Origin: an uncultured Nitrososphaerota archaeon
GTDB lineage: Archaea; Thermoproteota; Nitrososphaeria; Nitrososphaerales; CADDZS01
Length of the DNA: 64,000 nt
Direction of reading: 5' to 3'
Assembly: GCA_963799845.1 (NCBI GenBank)
Contig: CAWCYI010000006.1
Span: forward strand, 416,001 to 480,000
The notes under the pieces were generated by a model, which worked only from the letters and a program-made list of their open reading frames with translations, was not told the origin of the DNA and searched no databases. Both the position numbers and the translations under genes were made by a program. Within the stretch, counting starts at the first letter, position 1. Every line of letters begins with the position of its first letter. This document shows positions 20,807 to 31,761 of the stretch, one piece after another.

Positions 20807-20936
20807 TACACCTAAATCTAAAGATTTAAGGAAATGGTAAAAACTCTCGGACCCGTTCTTATTCTAATAAAAGCCCGGCTGATTTTGCTTCCAAATGCCT
20901 GGCGAATTATTTGCAATCGGAGAATAAATTCCGGCT

Positions 20937-21863
20937 TTGAAATCTGATGTAAAAAGGAGATCAAGGAGAGGCATCCCCACTGAAATCCGACTCTCTGCCG
21001 TGGAGGGAGATCGCATATACTGTGGTGATTGTCTGAATGTTTTGTCGGGATTTCCAGCTTCATCAATAGACCTCATTTACCTTGATCCGCCCTTTTTTTC
21101 CGGGAAAGAATACGAAATTAAATCAAAAAATAGACACGATCAAGGCTTCGACGATCGCTGGAAGGGCGGGATTCACACATATCTCGCTTGGATGAAGGAA
21201 AGGCTCATTCAATGCCACCGGGTGTTGAAAGAAACCGGTTCCATGTACGTACACTGCAATTGGTATGCAAATGCCCATCTTAGGATTTTGCTGGACGAAA
21301 TATTTGACCATGAAATAAGATGCGAGATTGTCTGGGACAAGGGATTCAGGGGCACAGAACGACACAGGAACTGGCAACAATCTCATGACACGATACTATT
21401 CTACACGAAGACCGACTGCTACACTTGGAATGAGCAATTCCAAGAATATGCTGACCGGGAGCTTAAACGATACAACAAGGTCGATGTCGGGAATCGGAGG
21501 TTTGCCCTAATCAAAAGGAGAAGAGGCGATGGTTCAGTATATTATGGCAAGACGTATCCGAAATCCAGAGGAAAAAGGATGAACGACATAATTCGTGTGC
21601 CCGTCCTTTCTGCAACTTCGAGAGAGCGCTTAGGCTATCCCACTCAAAAACCCGAGAGACTATTGGAAATTTTGATCGGAGCATCTACGAATGTTGGCAA
21701 CATTGTTTTGGATCCTTTTTGCGGTAGCGGTACTACGATTGCTGTCGCCGAGAATTTAGATAGAAAATGGATTGGCATTGACATATCGAGATCCGCATGC
21801 GAGATCACGCTGGCAAGGTTGCAAAGATCAGCGGATTCTCTAATAATTCCAGCACATGCCTAA
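20937..21863 (+). CDS. Orphan beta-class N6A/N4C DNA methyltransferase
   Basis: DLIYLDPPF (motif IV) precedes YPTQKP and VLDPFCGSGTT (motif I); no adjacent restriction endonuclease. Confidence 0.92.
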   Translation: MKSDVKRRSRRGIPTEIRLSAVEGDRIYCGDCLNVLSGFPASSIDLIYLDPPFFSGKEYEIKSKNRHDQGFDDRWKGGIHTYLAWMKERLIQCHRVLKETGSMYVHCNWYANAHLRILLDEIFDHEIRCEIVWDKGFRGTERHRNWQQSHDTILFYTKTDCYTWNEQFQEYADRELKRYNKVDVGNRRFALIKRRRGDGSVYYGKTYPKSRGKRMNDIIRVPVLSATSRERLGYPTQKPERLLEILIGASTNVGNIVLDPFCGSGTTIAVAENLDRKWIGIDISRSACEITLARLQRSADSLIIPAHA

Positions 21864-22657
21864 ACCTCCCTCCAGCGCGCTTTCGTGCTCGCGATAAGGA
21901 AGAGCGCGACGCTAACGAGAATGAGTATGATCCAGTCCGTCTCAATTGTCGTTAAGGGAAGCGCAAGGTATCCACCAACGTTTTGGGCGAGCTCGGCTGC
22001 GTAGGTCGTCGGAGACAAATACGCGAGGTATCTGAACGGGAGCGGAATGTAGGAAATCGGATAGTAAACAGGCGGGATGGTCGAGAAGAGTGTTGACAAG
22101 AGTCTTGAAAATGCAAAACTCTGGACAATGTCGCTCGAAAAAGTGGCAAAAGTGTAGCCGACCGCGACGGATGCAACAAACATCAATGCCAGAATTGCCA
22201 GAAATTCAAGCGCGGCGATAATTGTAAAATGAATGTAGATTGCGGCTAGCACTCCTAGAACCGCAATTGCGGGAGTCGAGTAAACAAGTTCCGAAGTGGC
22301 CATGCCCAGCAGGTAGATCTGCCACGGGGTAGGAGAACTAACAACCATGTCCTGCAACTTGAAGTCGTTCTTCAGGTGTGATAGATCCGATTGAAGGGAC
22401 ATCCCGCTGGAAAACATGCTCATGATGAAACTGCCTTCAATCGCTACACCGAGAAGTTTGCCTTGACTGACAAACGTGATCAAGACTAGAAACGAGAGAG
22501 GAGACAGCACCGTGTTGATGAGCACCACAGGATAGTTCCGCATCTCGTACAGGGAATTCACGAGTACAGCTGCGAAAAATTGGCTGAACCTGCTTCTTCG
22601 GTGCCTAGGCTCGCTCTGCTTCTCTTCTTCCTTCTTCCTCTCTTCCGTTATCTCCAA
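21860..22657 (-). CDS. ABC-2 type transporter permease
   Basis: About 6 TM helices, PPVYYP...LSPTTYA motif; coupled to the adjacent ABC ATPase. Confidence 0.85.
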   Translation of the reverse strand: MEITEERKKEEEKQSEPRHRRSRFSQFFAAVLVNSLYEMRNYPVVLINTVLSPLSFLVLITFVSQGKLLGVAIEGSFIMSMFSSGMSLQSDLSHLKNDFKLQDMVVSSPTPWQIYLLGMATSELVYSTPAIAVLGVLAAIYIHFTIIAALEFLAILALMFVASVAVGYTFATFSSDIVQSFAFSRLLSTLFSTIPPVYYPISYIPLPFRYLAYLSPTTYAAELAQNVGGYLALPLTTIETDWIILILVSVALFLIASTKARWREV

Positions 22658-23579
22658 TTCTTTCGCCTCCTACCTTGTTAACGAAGTAGAAGAAAATATC
22701 ATCCAATGTTACCGGGTTGATCGTGAACTTGAACCCGCCCCTCGACAATTCTCTCGACAAACGGAACGCCTCATCCTCGGTGGTTAGAATCCTGTAGCCG
22801 TCGGGCCCCTTCACCACTTCTCCATTCTTCACAGTTGGCGTCGATAATCTAGGATCAAGCGGGATGTTCATGCTGTAGTTGTAACTCACGCTCTGTCGAA
22901 GCTCTTCCATCGTACCTAGCTGTATCAATTTGCCCCGATCGAGTATCCCTATCTCGTCGGCGAGTGCCTCTGCCTCTTCCAGATAGTGCGTCGTCAAGAA
23001 AGTGAATCTCTCTTTTCCAACGCTTCGAAGGAAGTCCCAGAACTCTCTCCTCGAGATAGGATCCAATCCCGTTGTCGGTTCGTCCAGAAATATTATTTCG
23101 GCCTCGGACGCCATGACTGTCGCTACCAGCACTTTCCTTCTGTTTCCGCCCGACAGAGTCCTGTTGAGAGAATTGGCGTACGAAGCGATCCCGAGCTTTT
23201 CGAGCGCCCTCATTGCCCTCCGCCTTGCTTCGCCATACCCAAATCCCCGCCACATCAAGTACGATGATATGGTCTGTAAAGGCGTCATCCACGGGACCGC
23301 CCTCGCTTCTTGCGGGACCATTGCGATCTTTTCCCTTAGGATCGCAGGATCTCTCTGCACGTCTATTCCATCGATTGTGGCCGTACCCGATGTGGATTCG
23401 AGTTCAGTTGCGAGGATTCTCACGAGCGTGGTTTTTCCGGATCCATTCCTGCCAATGAGAACGAATATTCCTCTGGCCGGAACCGAAAATGTAACCGAGT
23501 CAAGAGCTTTTCTGTGTCCGTCGTGATAGACTTTTGTCAACCTATCACAGGAAAGCAGACGGTCACTTTGAGCAGTCAT
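22605..23579 (-). CDS. ABC transporter ATP-binding protein
   Basis: GRNGSGKT, LSGGN, FLDEPTTGLD and TTHYLEEA motifs. Confidence 0.95.
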   Translation of the reverse strand: MTAQSDRLLSCDRLTKVYHDGHRKALDSVTFSVPARGIFVLIGRNGSGKTTLVRILATELESTSGTATIDGIDVQRDPAILREKIAMVPQEARAVPWMTPLQTISSYLMWRGFGYGEARRRAMRALEKLGIASYANSLNRTLSGGNRRKVLVATVMASEAEIIFLDEPTTGLDPISRREFWDFLRSVGKERFTFLTTHYLEEAEALADEIGILDRGKLIQLGTMEELRQSVSYNYSMNIPLDPRLSTPTVKNGEVVKGPDGYRILTTEDEAFRLSRELSRGGFKFTINPVTLDDIFFYFVNKVGGERIGDNGREEEGRREAERA

Positions 23580-23691
23580 TATGATTTGGATTGAATATTC
23601 ATAGTTCTTCCTTGTAAATAACTCGTTAGGTTGAAGTTTCCCTCATTTAGTCTGTGGAATGGAAATCAATGTCGTAATTACATACAACGAC

Positions 23692-24801
23692 TCATGGTGA
23701 TTCCTCGACTCTCTTCAAAATTCCCAATGACCTCAAGGTAATCCACTTGCTCGGTCTTCCCTCACGTTCGAGAGCAAATCTCCTCGGCCTTTTTTCTTTC
23801 AAAATGTAATCAGCACCGGGACCCAGATCGGGATGTATCGCATCAAGCCCCCACGAACCATTCGCAAGGCGCTTTTTCTTCAAGTACTTTAGGGCGTAAT
23901 CGAGTCGCTTGTCGCCTGCGAAACCGAGCGAAGTAATCACGCCAAGACCGACTAGGATGTCGTAATAGTAATGATTTGGATAATGGAATCTGAACCAGGG
24001 TTCGTACCTCCTCCCCTCTTTGTAAAGGCCCCGCTCCAGGTAAAATTCTGCGCCCCTTTCGATAGATCTGGCGATGCTCTTCGTTCTTTTCGCCTTAGGT
24101 AAAGATGCAAACGCGGCCAGCGCTTCCCAGCAGTCTAGAGTTCCAGTGTCTGACTTGAAACAGTGCCAGCCCCCGTCTTCCTTCTGATCGTTAGCAAGCC
24201 ATCTGAAGATTCTTTTGACTCTAGGATCGTCGCCATAGCCGAAACGAGTTAGCATCCTGGCTAGGTTTCCAGACTGACAGACCTCGCCTTCGCTCTCAAA
24301 TTTATCTTCGTCCCGGAGCCAGTGTTGGAAGAAAAGCTGGCATCCATTCTCCAACCTCTTGTCATCTTGAAAATGCAATCCAAAATCGGAAAGAACAATC
24401 ATCCTCCAGTTCGAAGCAGTGTACTTTGGTCTGTAGAGGTCCCTTATCGATTCCCAGTTCCCTTCGGGTTTTTGTTTAGCTAGAATGTCACGAACCCAGC
24501 CTTTCTTCAAAATATTCGAATGGGACTCGCGCACATCGGGATCGGAGTCTTTCCGGTCTAGCAGCGATCGTAAAGTAAAGTACCGGACAACAGGTTGGTT
24601 AGGCTCGAGCAGCCAGTCCTGGAGTTTTTTCTCGATTTCCAAGATTCCCTGTGAAACGTGGATTTTCCTCTGAATAAGATTTCCCATGTCTATGCGTTCG
24701 GTAATGCTTGTTAGAGTCAAGATATCTCTAATGTTTGACAATTGGCTTTGAGAACAAATATATGAGGAGAATTTTGAAAGGATCGTTGATTTGCGGTTCA
24801 T
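23692..24801 (-). CDS. Prenyltransferase/squalene-cyclase-repeat (alpha/alpha toroid) protein; real start probably near 24687 or later
   Basis: QKPEGNW, QKEDGGW and NGSW QW-like repeats; YRPKY, YYYDIL and PSKWIT motifs. Confidence 0.7.
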   Translation of the reverse strand: MNRKSTILSKFSSYICSQSQLSNIRDILTLTSITERIDMGNLIQRKIHVSQGILEIEKKLQDWLLEPNQPVVRYFTLRSLLDRKDSDPDVRESHSNILKKGWVRDILAKQKPEGNWESIRDLYRPKYTASNWRMIVLSDFGLHFQDDKRLENGCQLFFQHWLRDEDKFESEGEVCQSGNLARMLTRFGYGDDPRVKRIFRWLANDQKEDGGWHCFKSDTGTLDCWEALAAFASLPKAKRTKSIARSIERGAEFYLERGLYKEGRRYEPWFRFHYPNHYYYDILVGLGVITSLGFAGDKRLDYALKYLKKKRLANGSWGLDAIHPDLGPGADYILKEKRPRRFALEREGRPSKWITLRSLGILKRVEESP

Positions 24802-24904
24802 AATAGCCTGGGATTAGTCGTGATATTCCTCTTGCAACGTTCAGGTTTCCTGTTAATTTCAATTTAGCATTCAATTGCATGATATCTAATTCTTTTCGAA
24901 AAAC

Positions 24905-25870
24905 TTGGCAACCGGTTGGGAAGAAGATTTGTCCTTCGATTCAACTGTGCGCGAGATTGAGGCGCAAGTAAAAGACATCCCGGATTACCTGCAGTTTCTA
25001 GACTCAATGAGCTGGGAAAAAATCAAACCAGAGCACGCGATTTTAGTTGGCGCCGGAGATTCCCTCGCATGTACCAACTTTATCGAGCGTTTGACGAGCT
25101 TCTCGGCAAAATCTCTTGACCCTTACGACCTGCTGCAGAATTATAGTATCGCAACCGGGAAAATCGTGTACTTCATTTCAGTATCGGGTAGGACGAGGTC
25201 GAACGTCGAAGCCGCGAAGCGGATAAAGAAATTGGCAAAGACCACCATTGCAGTCACTGTGAATCCCGAGAGCCCGATAGCGAAAATCTGCTCTGGAGTA
25301 CTACCCTTAAGATTCAGTAAAGATCCGGGTTTGACTCCCGGGACCAACAGTTTCACTGCATCCCTCATGGCTTGTTCTCGAATATTTGGTATGTCTCCAA
25401 GAGACTCGAATCTGGAAGAGACGATCAACCATGCTAAAGAATGGGCATCAAGGCGTTCAGAAATTTCGGGAATGATTCATTTTGTGTCAAGCGGTTGTTT
25501 TTACCCGATCGGGATGTACGGCGCGGCCAAAGTGTTCGAGTTCGCTGGCGAAAAGGCGGATTATCAGTTGACCGAAGAGTTCTCGCACATGAACCTGTTT
25601 TCAATGACCGATGATGATTCCGTCATCATAATAAAAAGTGATGAGAGCGATTCGACCGCGGGCAAATTAAACGAGGAGCTCGTCAATCAGGGCTATGACA
25701 GCCAGATTCTCGACTTCAAATCTGGAAATAATCCATTGGAGCATGCCATATCCTGTGCTATTCATCTTCAGTACCTTGCCCTAAACTTGGCAAAGAGCAA
25801 GGGTTTGAAGCAGCCAGCCTTCCTTCAAAACGACCGGCTGCTCGGAATATCAAACAAGATGATATATTGA
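24905..25870 (+). CDS. SIS-domain sugar-phosphate isomerase/deglycase-like protein
   Basis: GAGDS, SVSGRT, VTVNPESP and EEFSH motifs forming two SIS domains. Confidence 0.8.
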   Translation: MATGWEEDLSFDSTVREIEAQVKDIPDYLQFLDSMSWEKIKPEHAILVGAGDSLACTNFIERLTSFSAKSLDPYDLLQNYSIATGKIVYFISVSGRTRSNVEAAKRIKKLAKTTIAVTVNPESPIAKICSGVLPLRFSKDPGLTPGTNSFTASLMACSRIFGMSPRDSNLEETINHAKEWASRRSEISGMIHFVSSGCFYPIGMYGAAKVFEFAGEKADYQLTEEFSHMNLFSMTDDDSVIIIKSDESDSTAGKLNEELVNQGYDSQILDFKSGNNPLEHAISCAIHLQYLALNLAKSKGLKQPAFLQNDRLLGISNKMIY

Positions 25871-26643
25871 TGGACGAAAAATTCGAGTTTCCAAAGCTCT
25901 ACACGGAATTTGCAAAGTATTACGATCGTCTGGAGAGCCAGTACAGAGACTATCCGCGAGAATCAGAGTGGTTGATCGCATTACTAAAGGGACACAATTG
26001 TAAGGAGGTGATCGACGTTTCCTGCGGTACCGGCAGCCATCTTGCATTGTTGCAAAAAGAGGATTTCAACCTGTATGGAATCGATGCAAGCAAGCAAATG
26101 ATCCGACTTGCTAAGAGGAAAATGGCTTTCGGAAAAGAAGTGTCCATGATTCTTGCGGACTTTCTTCATGTACCATTCAGACAAGAGGAGTTCGACGCAT
26201 CCTTGTGCATGTATTGGAGCCTCGCTGGACTGAATCAGAATCTGGTAAAGTCTTTGTTTTCAGAAGTTGGTTTCATTCTGAAACCCGGAGGAGTCTTCGT
26301 TTTCGACACCGAGAACTCGGAGGGAATTAAGGAATCTCTCTTGAACTCCCCATTCATCGACGCCTTCTTCGATGATCCTGAAGAAAATTTGGCGGTAATC
26401 CGAGCGAATCTCAGCACGAAGACTGAACGAGATCTGGTAGATTGGCGGGCATACTACTTGTTGGAACAGAGCGGAGTTTCAGAGCTGCGGACCGACCGCA
26501 TGAATCTGCGATTTTATTCAAAGAGCCAGCTGGAACTTCTCTTGAAGGAAACTGGATTCAAGATCTTGCGAGTGTCTTCAATTCCAGATGGAGAGTACAA
26601 AGAAAACTCTCCGACCCTGTACTTTCTCGCGGAAAAGATTTGA
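25867..26643 (+). CDS. Class I SAM-dependent methyltransferase
   Basis: IDVSCGTGSH, GIDASKQM and LKPGGVFVFD motifs. Confidence 0.9.
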   Translation: MMDEKFEFPKLYTEFAKYYDRLESQYRDYPRESEWLIALLKGHNCKEVIDVSCGTGSHLALLQKEDFNLYGIDASKQMIRLAKRKMAFGKEVSMILADFLHVPFRQEEFDASLCMYWSLAGLNQNLVKSLFSEVGFILKPGGVFVFDTENSEGIKESLLNSPFIDAFFDDPEENLAVIRANLSTKTERDLVDWRAYYLLEQSGVSELRTDRMNLRFYSKSQLELLLKETGFKILRVSSIPDGEYKENSPTLYFLAEKI

Positions 26644-26647
26644 AATC

Positions 26648-28007
26648 CTAACGAGATTTCTTGCGATTAGTTTCTCCAATCGCCCTTTCAAGTACAGGGA
26701 GCGCTTCGTCAATTAGAGCTCTGGTTATGGTCAGCGGTGGCACTATCCGGAGCGTCGATTTTCCACAAGTGATCATAAGGACACCGTTCTTCCACGTTTT
26801 GGAAACTATTTCATCGACCAGTTCTGGGGCAAAAGCCTTCGACTTCTTGTCCTTAACAATCTCGATTCCGATCATGAGACCCTTTCCTCTGACGTCTCCT
26901 ACGATCTTGTACTTCTCCTTCCACTCTTCGAAGATCTTCATCATGTAATCTCCCTGTTTACGAGCGTTAGCCAGCAGGTCGTTTTTCTGGATAAATTCGA
27001 GTACCGCTAGGCCGGCCGCGGCGGAGACTGGATTACCTCCGAATGTGCTGGCGTGAGAACCCGGTTCCCACGTCATCAAAGACGCGTCAGCTGACGAGGG
27101 CCCCGATCGGCAAGCCGCCCGCGAGAGCCTTCGCCACGGTAACCATGTCTGGAACAACCCCGAAATGTTCTATTCCAAACCACCTGCCAGTCCGACCCAT
27201 TCCTGACTGGACTTCGTCCGCGACAAAAAGTATCCCGTACTTTCTGAATCTCTTGAAAAGTTCCAAAAAATAATCCTCGGGGGGGACTACGTAGCCACCT
27301 TCTCCCTGAATCGATTCAATGAAGAAAGCCGCTACCTCCTCAGGGGGAACGAACTTGTCGAAATACTGTTCTTGAATGTAATCTATGCAGGCAAACCCAC
27401 AGCTCGGGTACTCCAGCTTCAGAGGACAACGATAACAGTAGGGGTACGGCACGTGCTCAACACCAGTTAGAAGTGGAGAGAAACCCTTCACCTGAGCTGG
27501 CTTGCTCGCGGTCAAGGAGACTGTCCCCAGCGTCCTACCGTGAAACGCGCTGGTATACGCGATAAATCTGGGCCTTCTTGTCGAGTAGCGGGCAAGTTTC
27601 ATCGCTGCCTCGTTCGCTTCGGCCCCGGAATTTCCGTAAAATACCTGCCTAGGTTTTCTCTCTCCACCAGGATAGATTTTCGCTAACCGCTCTGCGAGCT
27701 CGTTTATGTTCTCGTAATAAAAGTCAGTGTAAGAATAGTGAGTGAATTTATTGAGCTGATCGGTTGCGGCCTTTACGACCGCCTTGTTTGTAGAACCGAC
27801 GTTCAGGACGGCGATCCCAGAGTTGAAATCAATATACTCATTTCCATCTACGTCCCTGACGACGCAGTCTTTCGCGGACTCGATGACCAGCGGATAATTT
27901 CTTGCGATTGAAGGGGATAGTATCTTTTTTGTCTCGGAGACAATTTTTCTCGCTTTCGGACCGGGTGGGACCGATTTGATCTTGATTACGCTCATTTCTT
28001 TCTTCAT
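26648..28007 (-). CDS. Class III PLP aminotransferase (4-aminobutyrate/acetylornithine type), frameshift near 27091
   Basis: NSGAEANE, FHGRT, ESIQGEGG, DEVQSGMGRTG and AKALAGGLP, continuing as HASTFGGNP and VRGKGLMIG after one extra base. Confidence 0.92.
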
Positions 28008-28168
28008 TGCTCCAAAAGTAGAATTCCGGCGAATGCAGCAATACTTTTACGACATCTTGACGCGATCTTAATCATAATATCAGGTCCTACTGCGAACGAT
28101 TATCTATGCAGGATATATAATGAAACCAATCTGTCGGTACATAGGGTCTATTAGGGTGAAGAATTAGT

Positions 28169-29065
28169 TTGCAGAAATCATCCCTCTCACCTAAACCGGA
28201 TTGGCTCAAAGTCAAGATGCCTTCTGGTGAGAATTATAAGAGGCTCAAGATCCTCTCGCAAGATCTGGGACTGCATACAGTGTGCGAGGAAGCTCACTGC
28301 CCGAATATCGGCGAGTGCTGGGGAGGCGGAACTGCCACGTTCATGCTCCTGGGTGACACCTGCACAAGGGGATGCAGGTTCTGCGCAGTGAAAAGTGGGA
28401 ATCCAAACCTTTATGTTGACGAAATGGAACCTGTCAAAGTTGCAATTGCCCTAAAACAAATGGGCCTTTCGTACATCGTTCTTACGTCGGTAGATCGAGA
28501 CGACCTTTCAGATGGAGGGGCTTCTCACTTTGCGCAGACCATCGTGGAGACCAAGAGAAGAAATCCGGAGCTTCTCATTGAGGTTCTCACACCTGATTTC
28601 AAAGGAGATCTCGAGGCGGTGAAGAAAATCGTGGCAGCTCATCCCGATGTCTTCGCCCACAACATCGAAACGGTCGAACGACTACAGCGAAAAGCTCGTG
28701 ACATCCGGGCTGGTTACGCCCAATCGCTAAAAGTCTTGAAAGCAGTAAAAGAATTAGATCAGTCGATTTATACAAAATCTTCGTTGATGCTGGGGCTTGG
28801 CGAGACGGATGAGGAAGTTGTGAGATCAATGCAAGACCTCCGAGATATTGGTGTTGATGTTCTTGCAATTGGGCAATACCTTCGCCCATCCAGCTGGCAT
28901 CTCGAGGTCGAACGGTATGTCCCGCCCTCTAAATTTGAAGAGTTCAGGATTAAAGGTGAATCGATGGGTTTTCGGTATATCGCAAGCGGTCCGCTCGTCA
29001 GGACATCTTACCGAGCCGGCGAATATTTTATGGAAAGCATGATTCGACGAGAGAAAAACAACTAA
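28169..29065 (+). CDS. lipA: Lipoyl synthase
   Basis: CEEAHCPNIGEC, CTRGCRFC and C-terminal RTSY motifs. Confidence 0.97.
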   Translation: MQKSSLSPKPDWLKVKMPSGENYKRLKILSQDLGLHTVCEEAHCPNIGECWGGGTATFMLLGDTCTRGCRFCAVKSGNPNLYVDEMEPVKVAIALKQMGLSYIVLTSVDRDDLSDGGASHFAQTIVETKRRNPELLIEVLTPDFKGDLEAVKKIVAAHPDVFAHNIETVERLQRKARDIRAGYAQSLKVLKAVKELDQSIYTKSSLMLGLGETDEEVVRSMQDLRDIGVDVLAIGQYLRPSSWHLEVERYVPPSKFEEFRIKGESMGFRYIASGPLVRTSYRAGEYFMESMIRREKNN

Positions 29066-29093
29066 TCTTTCTTTGGACGGATTGCCTCACAGG

Positions 29094-30104
29094 ATGACCC
29101 AAACCGTAGAAGAAGTTCTGCCAGGAATCTTCAAGATCGTCCTACCGGTTCCAATTTCTTCCCTGAAGAGCGTCTTCGTTTACCTCTTCAGGGATCAAGA
29201 TGAAAACCTGCTGATCGATACTGGCTGGAGCGGAGAAGAATCATGGGACGCTTTGAAATCTGCTTTCGCCGAGATCGGATTCAATGCAAGAGATCTGAAA
29301 AAAATTGTGATCTCTCATTTTCATCCTGATCACTTTGGACTTGCTTCGAGACTGAAAAAAGAAGCCCCAGGCTCTAAGCTAATGATCCATAAATTTGACG
29401 CTGATGTAATACGAGGTTCCAAAGCCGAGTTCGAAAAATTTCTGAACAAACTCAATGATTTCATAGCAATCAACGGTGTCCCGAAATCAGACCTGAGAAA
29501 AATGATGGAGGCGACCGCGCCTTTTGTAAAATACATCGATCCGCCCAAACCCGATATCAGGCTGAGCGGCGGCGAAAAGTTAGCTGTCGGGAAATTCAAA
29601 CTCCAGGTAATCTGGACACCAGGGCATACAAAAGGAAACATCTGTGTTTACGATCTTGGACGGTCACATGCGCTTTTTTCCGGCGATCACGTGTTGCCAA
29701 CTATTACTCCAAACATCTCCCTGACACCGAACTATGACGGCGATCCTCTCGGGGACTATTTAGCTTCGATCAAGGCCATCGGAAGGCTTTCACCCGTGTC
29801 GAAGGTTCTTCCTAGCCACGAGTTCGTATTTGAAAATCTAAGAAAAAGACTCGTAGAAATCAAACGACATCATAAAGAGCGACTAGAGGACGCGCTTCAT
29901 GCTCTAAATTCCGGAAAGGCAATCTCGGCGTATGAAGTTGCCTCGAAGCTCCACTGGTACACCGGTTCATGGGAAAAACTGTCGGCGTGGGAAAAACGGG
30001 CCGCATTGATGGAAACCCTGGCGCACCTAGAGTACCTAGCTAGGAGGAATCAGGTTACGAAAAGTACGAGCGGAAAAAAGGTCTATTTTTCTCATGCAGA
30101 GTGA
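29094..30104 (+). CDS. MBL-fold metallo-hydrolase
   Basis: IDTG, SHFHPDH, TPGHT, SGDHVLP and PSH motifs. Confidence 0.9.
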   Translation: MTQTVEEVLPGIFKIVLPVPISSLKSVFVYLFRDQDENLLIDTGWSGEESWDALKSAFAEIGFNARDLKKIVISHFHPDHFGLASRLKKEAPGSKLMIHKFDADVIRGSKAEFEKFLNKLNDFIAINGVPKSDLRKMMEATAPFVKYIDPPKPDIRLSGGEKLAVGKFKLQVIWTPGHTKGNICVYDLGRSHALFSGDHVLPTITPNISLTPNYDGDPLGDYLASIKAIGRLSPVSKVLPSHEFVFENLRKRLVEIKRHHKERLEDALHALNSGKAISAYEVASKLHWYTGSWEKLSAWEKRAALMETLAHLEYLARRNQVTKSTSGKKVYFSHAE

Positions 30105-30643
30105 CCCCGATCGAGAGTTGAAAATGGATTTCGGAAATTGCTCCCGAGGTATAGGGCAGGCTTGTAGTCTTCAAACTTCCAGTTTTCGTCAAAATCGAGA
30201 GAGGCCATTGCCCCTATTAGTCGCCCGATGAAAAGAGCATGGTCCCCGGTTTCAAACTCGGACTCCTTCTTGCAGATGACATAAGCGACAGATACATTCA
30301 GGACAGGAGATCCGAAGACGAGAAGATACGGGATATCGAGAGCCTTGAGTTTATCTTGGGACTTGTTTTCAGAAGACAATTGAGCCACGATTTTTCTGTT
30401 GCGCAAGTTTAACCAGTTAATCGAGAAATTCTTTGCCTTCTTCAATACCCCGTTGGTTTTCGAACCTTTGCGAACGGAAACCGCAATCATGGCCGGTTCG
30501 TCCGAAACTGACATGCAGCTGTTCGCGGGCATCGCAGCAACGAGCGAACGATACTTTGCGGAAAGGATTACAGGAACCTGAGGATAAAATAGACGGTATG
30601 CAAGATTCGGCTTTACTGCAAGCCTCGGAATAATTCGGTTCAA
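30092..30643 (-). CDS. Flavin reductase-like protein
   Basis: SVSDEP, FSINWL and GDHALFIG motifs; coupled to the LLM gene. Confidence 0.85.
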   Translation of the reverse strand: MNRIIPRLAVKPNLAYRLFYPQVPVILSAKYRSLVAAMPANSCMSVSDEPAMIAVSVRKGSKTNGVLKKAKNFSINWLNLRNRKIVAQLSSENKSQDKLKALDIPYLLVFGSPVLNVSVAYVICKKESEFETGDHALFIGRLIGAMASLDFDENWKFEDYKPALYLGSNFRNPFSTLDRGHSA

Positions 30644-31653
30644 TACATTGTCTTGTTCGGGGCTGCCTCAATAAGCATGCTCCCCGCTTTAGCAACCGCC
30701 GAGATGTCTTCCGAGTTCATGCTAATCGGTTGAAGGATTGGTAGATTAAGCCCCACCTTTGTGTACTCCAAAATCCTGTCGCATACTTGTTCAGCCGTGC
30801 CTGAGAGAGTAAATGACTCGAGCATTTCGTCCTTTATAGATTCAGAGGCTGCTGAGAGGTTTCCCCTGAAGTAATTCTCAGCTATCGGCTTCTTGAGTGC
30901 CGGATCAATGCCCGTGCCCTCGTAGAGGTAGTCATCCTGAACCGAAAGCATGTAAGCGACGAACGGATCTTTCCTTGCCCTCGAGAGCGCGTCTTCTTTA
31001 GAATGAGAGACTAACGCTAAGAGATAAGCGGCAACGTCGATCTCATTCATTGATCTCGGTGGCGCAGAAGACGAGATGGTAGAAACAATCTGCCCCAGAG
31101 ACTTTGAGGATTCGCCTCCCTTAGCGAGATAGCCGTCGGCATATCTCGCCGTCAGCTTAAGCATCTGGGTTTTCCAGCCAGCGACGTATATCGGCAGGTT
31201 TCTGTTCATTCGACCCAGCAATGATTTCACATTTTTCAGGTTGAACACCTTGCCGGAGTAGTTGAGAGTGCCTCCACTCCAGATTCCGCGGCAGATTTCC
31301 ATCGTCTCTTTCAGTACTGCGATGGGAAGTTTGTGATCAATCCCCATTAGATCGAGCCGTGCGGGAAATCCAGTACCGATCCCGAGACGGACCCTTCCAG
31401 AACTGGTTTCCTGAAGCGTGGCCGCCGTCATAGCAAGCGAAACTGGGTTTCGGACGAACGGGCTCAAGCACCCAAAGCCAAGTTTTAGTCTACTCGTGGA
31501 TAAAGCAGCCGCACTCAGGTAGGAAACCGCATCGCGACCGAAGGAGTGTTCGTGCATCCACATGCCTTCGTAACCAAGAGATTCTACGATCTGTGCTTGT
31601 TTCAAAAGGACCGCCACGGGAAGATCGGCATTAAATCCAACAGCTAGTCTCAA
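30640..31653 (-). CDS. LLM-class flavin/F420-dependent oxidoreductase
   Basis: WMHEH, RNPVSLAMTAATL, SGRVRLGIGTG and PIYVAG motifs. Confidence 0.88.
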   Translation of the reverse strand: MRLAVGFNADLPVAVLLKQAQIVESLGYEGMWMHEHSFGRDAVSYLSAAALSTSRLKLGFGCLSPFVRNPVSLAMTAATLQETSSGRVRLGIGTGFPARLDLMGIDHKLPIAVLKETMEICRGIWSGGTLNYSGKVFNLKNVKSLLGRMNRNLPIYVAGWKTQMLKLTARYADGYLAKGGESSKSLGQIVSTISSSAPPRSMNEIDVAAYLLALVSHSKEDALSRARKDPFVAYMLSVQDDYLYEGTGIDPALKKPIAENYFRGNLSAASESIKDEMLESFTLSGTAEQVCDRILEYTKVGLNLPILQPISMNSEDISAVAKAGSMLIEAAPNKTMY

Positions 31654-31761
31654 AGCGAAATTACCACTGGCTAATGGTAATTTAAGGATTCAATTACTTC
31701 TATCCATTTTGTCAAATGCATTTTACCCTAGCCTAGAATTTGCTCCGGTTCAATGTTGTGA

